This document shows, piece by piece, positions 27,877 to 37,174 of a stretch of DNA of 64,000 nt. The DNA comes from Ferruginibacter sp. (GTDB lineage: Bacteria; Bacteroidota; Bacteroidia; Chitinophagales; Chitinophagaceae): the NCBI GenBank assembly GCA_031408295.1, contig JANNVW010000103.1, forward strand, positions 9,270 to 73,269, written 5' to 3'. The notes below the pieces were generated by a model. The model saw only the letters and a list, made by a program, of their open reading frames with translations, did not search any database and was not told the origin of the DNA. The position numbers were made by a program, and so were the translations under genes. Within the stretch, counting starts at the first letter, position 1; every line of letters starts with the position of its first letter.

Positions 27877-28941
27877 TTAATTACTATCACCTACTAAATC
27901 CTCGTTATCATTCAAAGAAAAGTAATGTCTTTTTTCATTCCTTGCATAACGTTCCTTCCCACTATAATTTCCTAATATTTGTTTTTCACCAAATGCCTTC
28001 CAAAAGATTGTGAGATTATTTTCTTTTAAGAATTTTATAAAAGGTTTCTTTTTTACTAATAAGCATGACAAGCTTTTATTATTTACAGAAGGGTCAAAGC
28101 AAATAAGTTCATTCTCTTGGTTTACAAATTCACCTTCATGTTTCCCTTGTTTCATATTAAGCCCTTTAAACAAAAAGTAACTTGGCTTTAAAAACCTTAG
28201 TGCCTCTTCTTTAGAACAATCAAATTCTTCTTCCCATAAATAATTACAATAGGGCAAATAAGCTTTACTTATTAGTTTATCGTCCTTTCTATCAGTAATC
28301 TCAACCTCTATTTCTCCTCTGTAGTAATTTTTTTGAAAAAAAGCATGTGCCTTTGACCAATAATACTCCCTGCTAAATACCTGATAACGCTGCCCCGCTT
28401 CGGGAAATGATAGAATCCAAAAAGTTTTTGCTTTAACTAATTTATCAATTTCATTTTTACTTTCTTTAGGGATTATGTAACTTTCTATATGATACCAAAG
28501 TCTTTTATATGAAGTGCCAAATGAATTTTCAGTTATTTCTTTAGGTTCTCTCCATTGTGGAGAGCCATCTAGTAGAAGCCACTCATTTTCATCATTTTCT
28601 TTAAAAGCAATAATTTCTGAAATACTTGGGAAATCAATTTTTTTATTCATCCAAACTTCATTTTTAAAATCCCAATTCGAGTAGTTTGTTTTAAACCACC
28701 AATTATTACAATTTTTTTCATCCTGCTTTGTAGATGATATTAAAATCGTTGGGTCAATATCTCTTACATAGGGATACCATGTACCTTTGTAAATTGCTTT
28801 CTCTTTAAACCCATATTCTTGAATTAACGGAAAATTGTCTGCTACTCGTGCCAAGGATTCATAAAATAAAATCCATTGATACTTTTTTCCAATTCTTTCT
28901 TTATGTCCTTCACTTCTTCCTGAATATTTATTTGAATCAAA
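27877..28941 (-). CDS. aromatic-rich domain of unknown function, in frame with and directly continuing the upstream STAND NTPase ORF after one TAG
   Basis: The 29 sense codons at 28855-28941 link the TAG (28942-28944) to the track ORF, which starts only at a TTG (28854). No ATG occurs in the first ~95 codons. Confidence 0.55.
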   Translation of the reverse strand, partial: FDSNKYSGRSEGHKERIGKKYQWILFYESLARVADNFPLIQEYGFKEKAIYKGTWYPYVRDIDPTILISSTKQDEKNCNNWWFKTNYSNWDFKNEVWMNKKIDFPSISEIIAFKENDENEWLLLDGSPQWREPKEITENSFGTSYKRLWYHIESYIIPKESKNEIDKLVKAKTFWILSFPEAGQRYQVFSREYYWSKAHAFFQKNYYRGEIEVEITDRKDDKLISKAYLPYCNYLWEEEFDCSKEEALRFLKPSYFLFKGLNMKQGKHEGEFVNQENELICFDPSVNNKSLSCLLVKKKPFIKFLKENNLTIFWKAFGEKQILGNYSGKERYARNEKRHYFSLNDNEDLVGDSN

Positions 28942-31900
28942 CTATCCATGTGTTTCCGATTTATATCCTAATTTAAAGATTTCTTCTACGGCCCAATTAC
29001 TCCATTTGTTAGCATCAACTTTAAAATGCGAAAGCCCTCTTTCAAATGTATATCTTCCAAAATCTCCATATCTCGAAGTTCCTCTTCCATATTCTGTGAC
29101 CATTGAATCTAATATTGCATTTTGTCCTCTATCGGAATCTTTAAATTTTTTTGATTTATAATCAATTTTATATTTTTTATCAATTTCTGTATTTGTAGGA
29201 AATTTATTTGGCAAATCACTTTTATATGGCGGTTGTATTTTGGCTAAATCAAATTTTAATTTTATTCCTGAGTGAATTGTGAAATCTATAACTCCTTTTG
29301 CATAATCCCTCAAAAGAATATGCGGATATACTTTCTCTTTATTAAAAATTTCCTCAAATATGTATTCACTTAATTCTTTCAGAGCACTTAGTTTTTCAGA
29401 GCGTACAGCACTTCCATAGGCTACAGCAAATAATCTCTCATAAACATAAGGGTCATTTACATTTTCAAATTTTTGTAATAATGGTTTTAGCAATTGAATT
29501 CTATTTTCTAGGAGATTAACTAAACCTTTTGTAGCTGCATCTCTTAAATACCTATTACAGCTAGTAAGAAACCAAGCTAAGGTCATTGAAGTGAGTAATA
29601 TCACATCATCATCTACATAACTTTTATCTTCTTCCTGCCATGACCAATCAATGAGTCTTTTTACTATTGAGTTGTAGTCATATTTATCATTTATATAAAT
29701 TGTCCACCAAGCATCTCTACTAGCTAGGGTATATCTCAATAATTGTTTATGTAAAAAATCTGCATTAAAAAAATGATTGGGTCTAACAGATACTGAGATT
29801 AACATTTCAAGAAATTTCTCATTTGTTCCATTATATTTTATTGCTACTAAATTTACATATTCAAGAGTTTTCTCTGTAAAAGATTCACTTTTCCTCCAAA
29901 ATATACTTTCAATAAATGCTTCACATATAGAAAAACACTTTTGAACTCTTGGTACTAATTCGTACAATTCTTTTTTAATTCTTTCAGGTAATTGAATGGA
30001 TAAGGCTTCAAGTATTCCTTGATTCATAGAGCAATCATTTTCAGACTTTGTGATTTCATACAAATAACCGGATTTGAACGCTAAGAGAGGATTTTTTTTA
30101 TTGACGATATATTTGTCTATTATAGCAGAAGCAAATAGGTGGTCTTCAAATCTTTCATAAGCTAAATAAATACCTTTTTCATGAGTTGTATATGTTCTAT
30201 CCCAATATAAATCTTCACTAAAAATCCCTTCCGAAATTAACATGTCAAAATAATTACTCCCTTTAGTACAATTTTTTCTAAATATTTCATGTGCAACTTC
30301 ATATGCATATGCATAGGGGATATATCTTTTTTTATTCTCAACCTTCCACTCTAAAAGTGAATCAATTACTCTTTGTACAAGATTTATAGAAGGTGAAAAA
30401 TCCAGATTTTTGGGATTAGAAAGTTTTTCATTAACACTATCAATAAAAAAGTTAAAAGATTGCTTTATACCCCAAAAACCATCAGTAAGTTTTTTTAATC
30501 CTCTATTGACTAATCCTTCACATAATAGTTTTAAAAATAGAGGGTTTTGAAATTCGGGTTGAAACAACGGCATATTAGGTTGCTCAATACCATAGGCTAG
30601 AAAAAAATGCTTAGCAGCTTCATATTCAAATCCTCCAAAACCATTGTGATAAACACGTAACATATCATCATCAGTAATGATTTCTTGGGGCGCTATTAAT
30701 TTTATGTATGAAGTTCTTATTGAAACGACTAAACCTAACCATTTAAACTTTTTTATCAAATCAATAAAGTTCTTTAAATAATCTGACCAAAAGTTTTTAC
30801 CATTTCCTTCATTTAAAGCGTCTATAAAAATAATGATGCGTTTACCTGTAGATTCTGCTTTCGAATTTAATGCGCCAAGGAAAACATATTCGTTTGATGG
30901 GAAACGAAGTTGGTTACTTAAAATCTGAGTCCACGGATTATCATCGTTTGTAAAATGTTGCCCAAGGAGAAAAAGACTCAGATAACCATTTTTATAACGA
31001 TTGTTAACAATGTCAGCAAGTAAATGTGACTTTCCCATTCCTGCTTTACTTTCAATTATTAAATATGGTGAGTTTACAAGAGTACAAGTTTGAGAATTTA
31101 GGAATTCACTTAATTCATTTAATGACCGACTTAAAAGTCGTAAATAATGTATTTCATTATTATTAGGCTTTATTGAATATTTATATTTGTCAGGGTCTTT
31201 CTGAACCTCCAATTGTTGAGATGAATACAGTTCTTGATTATAAGTATCACAACTTTCAATAGTAGAAGTAATTATATTTTGAATAAGAATATAGTCAATA
31301 TTTTTAATATCACTTAAATCTAATCCTTTAAACCAAATTATAATTTTTTCAAAATCAGTAATAATTTTTTTTACTACCTTTTTTTTACTTTTACTGTTAA
31401 GATGTGAATTAATATTTCCAAATTTTTCAAAAATGTTTTTAAAATAAACGTCTATTTGGCTTTTTAGATTTTCATCTCTAGCAAATCCATCAAACATTTT
31501 TGCGATAGGCAATTCAAAATTTAATTTAGGAGTATATCTTTTATTGAGAAGAATTTGTGTAGCATTTTTAATATTATCTTCAAACCAATCATCAGTAAAT
31601 TCTGTTTTGTTAAACCAAAAATAAATCATTCCCTCATGTTCTCTTTTTGAAAGCATTTCTACTAATTCGAAATACCCCCAATAAATGAACTTTACGTTCA
31701 TGCCTTTTTCCTGTGATAACTTTTCCCATTCTTTTACTTTTATATCCCATTTATCAAGCATAGATTTTTTACCGACTAATTTTGCATCAGGCATGTTAAT
31801 TGGAATTGCAACATAATATATAACTAATTTAGGATGTTTATCTAAGGCTGTTTTAACCGATTCATCTAAATCTCTCCATTGGGTATTGCCTAAAGAATTT

Positions 31901-32106
31901 AAAAAATATTTAGCTTGCCATCCCCATTCTGTATCATCATTCATTTGCAATATACATTCTACTCCAGCATCGGGTTTACCCTTTCTTATAAAACGTTTTG
32001 AATTTATGGGGTTTATTTTCCTTGCTAGTTGGCATACCAACTCCTCAAAACCCTCGTCTTGTTTACCATTAATTGTCCGAATATTTAAGAAATTAATATC
32101 TGTCAC
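28942..32106 (-). CDS. Mrr-like PD-(D/E)xK nuclease + NACHT/STAND-type P-loop NTPase + helical repeat region (candidate antiphage Avs/bNACHT-like protein)
   Basis: GTG start. N-terminal GFEELVCQLA...GKPDAGVECIL...WGWQAKYF (31909-31971). Walker A SKAGMGKS (31027-31050). Walker B IIIFIDALNEG. More than 600 aa of helical sequence follow. Confidence 0.65.
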   Translation of the reverse strand: MTDINFLNIRTINGKQDEGFEELVCQLARKINPINSKRFIRKGKPDAGVECILQMNDDTEWGWQAKYFLNSLGNTQWRDLDESVKTALDKHPKLVIYYVAIPINMPDAKLVGKKSMLDKWDIKVKEWEKLSQEKGMNVKFIYWGYFELVEMLSKREHEGMIYFWFNKTEFTDDWFEDNIKNATQILLNKRYTPKLNFELPIAKMFDGFARDENLKSQIDVYFKNIFEKFGNINSHLNSKSKKKVVKKIITDFEKIIIWFKGLDLSDIKNIDYILIQNIITSTIESCDTYNQELYSSQQLEVQKDPDKYKYSIKPNNNEIHYLRLLSRSLNELSEFLNSQTCTLVNSPYLIIESKAGMGKSHLLADIVNNRYKNGYLSLFLLGQHFTNDDNPWTQILSNQLRFPSNEYVFLGALNSKAESTGKRIIIFIDALNEGNGKNFWSDYLKNFIDLIKKFKWLGLVVSIRTSYIKLIAPQEIITDDDMLRVYHNGFGGFEYEAAKHFFLAYGIEQPNMPLFQPEFQNPLFLKLLCEGLVNRGLKKLTDGFWGIKQSFNFFIDSVNEKLSNPKNLDFSPSINLVQRVIDSLLEWKVENKKRYIPYAYAYEVAHEIFRKNCTKGSNYFDMLISEGIFSEDLYWDRTYTTHEKGIYLAYERFEDHLFASAIIDKYIVNKKNPLLAFKSGYLYEITKSENDCSMNQGILEALSIQLPERIKKELYELVPRVQKCFSICEAFIESIFWRKSESFTEKTLEYVNLVAIKYNGTNEKFLEMLISVSVRPNHFFNADFLHKQLLRYTLASRDAWWTIYINDKYDYNSIVKRLIDWSWQEEDKSYVDDDVILLTSMTLAWFLTSCNRYLRDAATKGLVNLLENRIQLLKPLLQKFENVNDPYVYERLFAVAYGSAVRSEKLSALKELSEYIFEEIFNKEKVYPHILLRDYAKGVIDFTIHSGIKLKFDLAKIQPPYKSDLPNKFPTNTEIDKKYKIDYKSKKFKDSDRGQNAILDSMVTEYGRGTSRYGDFGRYTFERGLSHFKVDANKWSNWAVEEIFKLGYKSETHG

Positions 32107-32348
32107 TTGACTAAATTTTATTTGGTATAAATTTTATCTTTCTCTGCTAAGGTAATTTATTTGAAACATATCAACTAATAATTTTAGTATTTATAGTTTA
32201 GGATCTCTAGGGTTAAGTTCACAAGAATTAAAATTTGTTGCATAAAATATTTTTTACCGAACAATAAACTTGGCAAAAAACAATCTATTTTTTTACTGAT
32301 AAAATTTGCGGTAAGTAAAACTTCATAATATTTTAAGCTTCTTTTCTG

Positions 32349-32410
32349 CATTGGGGTTTCGCAGTAAACTTTCATTCAATTTAAAGATTCTAATTGCGAA
32401 AACCCCAATG
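32349..32410. repeat. GGGGTTTCGC ... GCGAAAACCCC palindromic hairpin element (copy F)
   Basis: Arms cattggggtttcgca (32349-32363) and tgcgaaaaccccaatg (32395-32410), with a 31-nt AT-rich loop. Confidence 0.85.
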
Positions 32411-32485
32411 GGACATCCCCCTAAAATCCATTTGATAAAAATTATTTTCCCCAACATTTTTTATCCTTTATATTCGTTTATCAAA

Positions 32486-34462
32486 ATGTATAAAATGAAA
32501 CGAATTTGTATGCTCTTCGCATTAATCACATCTTTATTTAGTAGCAAAGCACAAAGCGATAAACAATACCCTGCTTATACAGGCAAAGACTTGGGCTTAA
32601 CATTTGTAAAAAATAATGCTAGCTTTCGTATATGGGCACCAACCGCAACGCAGGTAAAACTACGATTGTACAGCCAACCCTTGGGTGGCGAAGCCATACA
32701 AACCATAGATATGAAAAAATCTGTGCAAGGCACATGGGCAGCAGCTTTGGTAGGTACGCACTTAGGAGATTATTATACATTTAGTGTAGAAAATAATGGC
32801 GCTTGGTTAGATGAAACAACAGACCCTTATGCAAAAGCAGTTGGTACAAATGGCCAGCGAGCCATGATTGTAGATATGCAAAAAACAAACCCTGCGGGAT
32901 GGGCTACTGATAAAGCACCTGCATTAAAAAGTAAAACAGATGCCATAGTGTATGAGTTGCACGTACGTGATGCAAGCATAGCCGCCAACTCAGGCATTGC
33001 ACAAAAAGGAAAATTTATTGGGCTTACAGAAACAGGTACAAAAAACAATGATGGACTTTCCACAGGGTTAGACCATTTGGTAGAGCTTGGTGTAACGCAT
33101 GTGCAAATATTGCCATTGTACGATTACAACTCTGTAGATGAATCAGAGCCTAACAAAGCACAATACAATTGGGGCTACGACCCACAAAATTACAATACAC
33201 CTGATGGTTCGTATAGTACCAATGCTGCTGATGGAGCAGTGCGTATAAAAGAATTTAAGCAGTTGGTAAAAACATTTCATGCAAAAGGATTGAGTGTAAT
33301 AATGGATGTAGTGTATAACCATACAGGAACTACAAACGAATCTAATTTTAACCAATTAGTGCCGGGGTATTATTATCGTAAAACAGCAGATGGAAAATTT
33401 AGCGATGCTTCAGGTTGTGGAAACGAAACAGCAAGTGAAAAAGCCATGATGCGAAAATTTATTTTGGAGTCTGTTTTGTATTGGGTAAAAGAATACCATA
33501 TTGATGGATTTCGTTTTGACTTAATGGGCATACACGATATTGAAACGATGAATTTAATCTCAAAAGAGTTACACAAAATAAAACCAAGTATTATTTTGTT
33601 TGGAGAAGGGTGGACTTCAGGTGGTTCAACTTTAGCAGAAGATAAGAGGGCTGTAAAAAAGAATACCATGCTGCTAGATAAAGTAGGTGTGTTTAGCGAT
33701 GATATTCGGGATGGTATAAAAGGCAGTGTGTTTGAGCATAAAGATGGCGGCTTTGCTAGTGGCAAGCCAGGTATGGAAGAGAGTATAAAATTTGGTATTG
33801 TAGCATCTACACAACATCCACAAATAAATTACAGCAAAGTAAATTATAGTAAAGCACCTTATGCAAAAGAGCCTTACCAAACGGTTACTTATGTGGAGTG
33901 CCACGATAACCATGTGTTGTGGGATAGATTATTAAACAGCAACCCAAATAACAGCGAGGCTGAAAAAATTGAAATGCACAAACTTGCATTGTCTATTGTG
34001 CTCACTTCGCAAGGCATAAGTTTTTTACACGCAGGCACAGAGTTTTTGCGTACAAAAAAAGGTGTAGAAAATTCTTACAAATCTCCTGATGATATTAATG
34101 AAATGGATTGGAGTTTAAAAACAAAAAACAAAGTTGTTTTTGATTATGTGCAAGGGCTTGTGCGTATGCGTAAGGCGCATCCTGCATTTCGCATGGCAAC
34201 AACTGCTAGCATACAATCAAACCTTCGTTTTATAGATAACCAACCATTGAATGTTATAGGTTATCAGTTAAACGGGGCGGCAGTAAATGATAGTTGGAAA
34301 AAGATACAAGTTTGGTTTAATGGAAATAACACTGCACAAAAAATAAAACTAGAAGGTAGCGGTTGGAAGACAGCGGTGATGAATAATAAGTTTGAAGAAA
34401 TGGTGGTGAGTGGAGAGATTAATTTGGGGGCGAATAGTTGTGTGGTGGTATTTAAAAAATAA
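32486..34462 (+). CDS. pulA: type I pullulanase (GH13)
   Basis: YNWGYDP, DVVYNH, GFRFDLMG, GEGW and YVECHDN. Signal peptide MKRICMLFALITSLFSSKAQ. The start is 32486 or 32495; the track start at 32351 runs through the hairpin repeat. Confidence 0.85.
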   Translation: MYKMKRICMLFALITSLFSSKAQSDKQYPAYTGKDLGLTFVKNNASFRIWAPTATQVKLRLYSQPLGGEAIQTIDMKKSVQGTWAAALVGTHLGDYYTFSVENNGAWLDETTDPYAKAVGTNGQRAMIVDMQKTNPAGWATDKAPALKSKTDAIVYELHVRDASIAANSGIAQKGKFIGLTETGTKNNDGLSTGLDHLVELGVTHVQILPLYDYNSVDESEPNKAQYNWGYDPQNYNTPDGSYSTNAADGAVRIKEFKQLVKTFHAKGLSVIMDVVYNHTGTTNESNFNQLVPGYYYRKTADGKFSDASGCGNETASEKAMMRKFILESVLYWVKEYHIDGFRFDLMGIHDIETMNLISKELHKIKPSIILFGEGWTSGGSTLAEDKRAVKKNTMLLDKVGVFSDDIRDGIKGSVFEHKDGGFASGKPGMEESIKFGIVASTQHPQINYSKVNYSKAPYAKEPYQTVTYVECHDNHVLWDRLLNSNPNNSEAEKIEMHKLALSIVLTSQGISFLHAGTEFLRTKKGVENSYKSPDDINEMDWSLKTKNKVVFDYVQGLVRMRKAHPAFRMATTASIQSNLRFIDNQPLNVIGYQLNGAAVNDSWKKIQVWFNGNNTAQKIKLEGSGWKTAVMNNKFEEMVVSGEINLGANSCVVVFKK

Positions 34463-34601
34463 ACACGAACTATTTTCTTCTTGTTAACGCTAAATTATAG
34501 ATTGGTATATCACATTCGACCTTTTAGATTTGAATGAAATAAAAAAATTATGGAATACTTAGGTTCATGAATCTAATTATAGAATCTTTCAAATTAGGAA
34601 T

Positions 34602-35651
34602 ATGCATATAATTAGACTTTTCGTTTCATTAGCTTTCCTATTATTGTTTTTTTCTTGCAAAAATGAAAATAAATATAAGTATGCAATAAAAGATTTTAGA
34701 AAAATAATTCAACCTGCGCTTACTAATCTAGTATCAAAAGCCGTTGTTGAGTATTATGATAGCACGATTAGGTTTTCAGTTACAGATAATGAATTAGAAA
34801 AACTAAACAAATCTGAACATCCCATTTTGAGAGGTATGGCCTTGCAGGAAATGCTACGAAGAGAAACCTTCAATCATTTTGATTTAATTAATAATAATCT
34901 AGATGATACAGCAGAAGTACAAACCGATGCTGGTGAATTTGGAATATGGAACATGAAAGTTTCTGATTTTCTTTTGCAGAATGGGAAATGGAAAACAATT
35001 GAAGATAAAAATAAAACAATTGATATACTTCTAAGAAAACATAATTATTTAAGGTCTGCTCATTTAATTGCTTCAAGAATTGAACCACAAGAAAAATATT
35101 ACAGTATAATAAAGGAAATGGCGCAAAGAGAATTACTTTTTGAAGAAATTGAATACTCGACTTACGCTTTAGCACAATATAAAAAAGCCGAAGACACATC
35201 TATCATTAGAAAAATACTAAATGATAATTGGTATCAATTGAATGAACTTTCATTTAAATTGATGAGTGAATTTCCAAGTGAAAATTATATGGATGTTTAT
35301 GAAAAATATTATAAAAGAAAGTTTTATAATATAATTTGCGAAGAAGGGAAAGATACTAAAGCTATTGACTTTTTAAAATCTTTAGCAAGTTACAAAAATG
35401 AAAAAAGCGCTTCGATTCTAAATGCTATTTTAAATAAACAACCTTTTTTGCGTTGCGGTGCTCAATATGATTGGATAAAGTCTAGTTTGATTGATATAAT
35501 TTGGCAAAATAAGTGCAAAGCTTACGAGAAAATGTGTACTCAAATTGCTAGCACTGTTAAAGAGAATGAAAAAAATAAAATTGAGTTGTTTCCTAATAAT
35601 GATGTTAATCTTCCAGTACAAGAACCATCAAAAGAACCCATTGGATGGTAA
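34602..35651 (+). CDS. hypothetical lipoprotein
   Basis: Signal/lipobox LLLFFSC. 349 aa, helical. Confidence 0.45.
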   Translation: MHIIRLFVSLAFLLLFFSCKNENKYKYAIKDFRKIIQPALTNLVSKAVVEYYDSTIRFSVTDNELEKLNKSEHPILRGMALQEMLRRETFNHFDLINNNLDDTAEVQTDAGEFGIWNMKVSDFLLQNGKWKTIEDKNKTIDILLRKHNYLRSAHLIASRIEPQEKYYSIIKEMAQRELLFEEIEYSTYALAQYKKAEDTSIIRKILNDNWYQLNELSFKLMSEFPSENYMDVYEKYYKRKFYNIICEEGKDTKAIDFLKSLASYKNEKSASILNAILNKQPFLRCGAQYDWIKSSLIDIIWQNKCKAYEKMCTQIASTVKENEKNKIELFPNNDVNLPVQEPSKEPIGW

Positions 35652-35678
35652 GATAGAAACTATTTTTAATCAAACGAA

Positions 35679-35716
35679 AAATGCGATGCCACCTATCCAA
35701 AAGTAACATCGCATTT
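35679..35716 (+). terminator. candidate intrinsic terminator hairpin
   Basis: aaatgcgatg-18 nt loop-catcgcattt, between convergent genes. Confidence 0.35.
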
Positions 35717-35721
35717 CCAAA

Positions 35722-35759
35722 ATTTGCACATTTGCCTATTTGCCCATTTGCACATTGCT
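35722..35759. repeat. period-8 'word' repeat (ATTTGCNN x4-5)
   Basis: atttgcac atttgcct atttgccc atttgcac attgcttt. Confidence 0.7.
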
Positions 35760-36524
35760 TTACACATTTATCCCCCCACTCACTTCAATCCTTTGCCCGT
35801 TTACCCATTTGCTTTCATCGCTGCAAAGAAAAGCTACCACACTACCAATGTCATCTGCATTGCCTACACGACCAAGTGGTGTTGCTTGGCTTAAAAACCC
35901 TTTCATTTGTGGGTTATTACGAATAGCCGCTCCATTAAAATCTGTTTCTATTGGGCCAGGTGCTACCACATTTGCACGAATACCTCTTACCCCCATTTCT
36001 TTGGCCACATATCTTGTAAATGTTTCTAATCCACTTTTCATACTAGCATATACGCTATACCCAGGATGGCAAAAACGTGTAGTGCCAGTACTAATGTTTA
36101 CAATACTTCCACCATCATTAAAATATGGCATTAGTTTTTGTGTTAAAAAATACACGCCTTTAAAATGTACATTTAAAAATTCGTCAAATATCGTTTCTGT
36201 CATTTCTAAAAAAGGAATCGTAGCACCCATACCTGCATTGTTTACAAGATAATTTAATTTTCTATCTTCAAAATTATTTTTCAACGTTTCTGCAATTGTA
36301 TTCACAAAAGCAACAACGTTACTAAAAACAGAAAGGTTTAATTGTATGGCTATTGCCTGTACTCCCAAAGTTTTTATCTCTTCAACCACAGCATTGGCTT
36401 CTGCTTTACTATTGTTGTAAGTAATAATTACATCGTTTCCTTTTTTTGCAATGCTAAGCGCCATGTCTTTTCCTAAGCCACGGCTGCCGCCAGTTACTAG
36501 GGCTATTTTATTTGTTGTATTCAT
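35760..36524 (-). CDS. SDR family oxidoreductase
   Basis: TGGSRGLGK cofactor motif and YASMK (YxxxK). Confidence 0.85.
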   Translation of the reverse strand: MNTTNKIALVTGGSRGLGKDMALSIAKKGNDVIITYNNSKAEANAVVEEIKTLGVQAIAIQLNLSVFSNVVAFVNTIAETLKNNFEDRKLNYLVNNAGMGATIPFLEMTETIFDEFLNVHFKGVYFLTQKLMPYFNDGGSIVNISTGTTRFCHPGYSVYASMKSGLETFTRYVAKEMGVRGIRANVVAPGPIETDFNGAAIRNNPQMKGFLSQATPLGRVGNADDIGSVVAFLCSDESKWVNGQRIEVSGGINV

Positions 36525-36595
36525 TTATATAATTTATTTATGTAAAGTTCTGTTTAAAAATAATGCTTAAAAAATAATTTTATAACTTTATCCCA

Positions 36596-37174
36596 TTGGC
36601 ATTCATAAAAAAAATATCATCCACTTTTAGCGATAGCGAACTTGTACAACAGTACAAGCAAACAGAAAGCATGGATACCCTTGGTGATTTATACAGTCGC
36701 TATATGGATTTATTGTATGGAGTATGCCTAAAATATTTTAAAGAGCCCGATGAGGCGCAAGATGCGGTGATACATATTTTTGAAGAACTGGTGACAAAAG
36801 TAAAAAAGTATGAAATAGAAAATTTTAAAGGTTGGCTGTATCAATTGGCTAAAAATCATTGCTTGATGAAATTGCGAAGCCGAAAAAGCCAACCTGTTAA
36901 TGTTGATGCAGACCTTATGCATTTAACAGAAAATATGCATCTAGATGCTGTAATGGAGAAAGAAACGAATTTGATAGTAATGGAACATTGTATAGAACAA
37001 TTACCCGAGGAGCAAAAAAAATCTATTCAGTTATTTTATTTGCAAGAAAAATGTTACAAAGAAATAGCAGAAACCATCGCTTTGGATATAAATAAAGTAA
37101 GAAGCTTTATACAAAATGGTAGGCGAAATTTAAAAATATGTATGGATAAAACCGCTTTGCAAAAAGCAGAATAA
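36596..37174 (+). CDS. RNA polymerase ECF-type sigma-70 factor
   Basis: Region 2 (DAVIHIFEEL...) and region 4 HTH (YKEIAETIALDINKVRSFIQNGRRNL). TTG start as in the track. Confidence 0.8.
   Translation: MAFIKKISSTFSDSELVQQYKQTESMDTLGDLYSRYMDLLYGVCLKYFKEPDEAQDAVIHIFEELVTKVKKYEIENFKGWLYQLAKNHCLMKLRSRKSQPVNVDADLMHLTENMHLDAVMEKETNLIVMEHCIEQLPEEQKKSIQLFYLQEKCYKEIAETIALDINKVRSFIQNGRRNLKICMDKTALQKAE

Noticed and set aside
32351-32485. N-terminal extension of the pullulanase ORF
   Set aside because: It reads through the GGGGTTTCGC hairpin element. A normal signal peptide starts at the ATG at 32486/32495.
35740-36252. 170-aa plus-strand ORF
   Set aside because: Antisense to the SDR gene, which has clear TGxxxGxG and YxxxK motifs.
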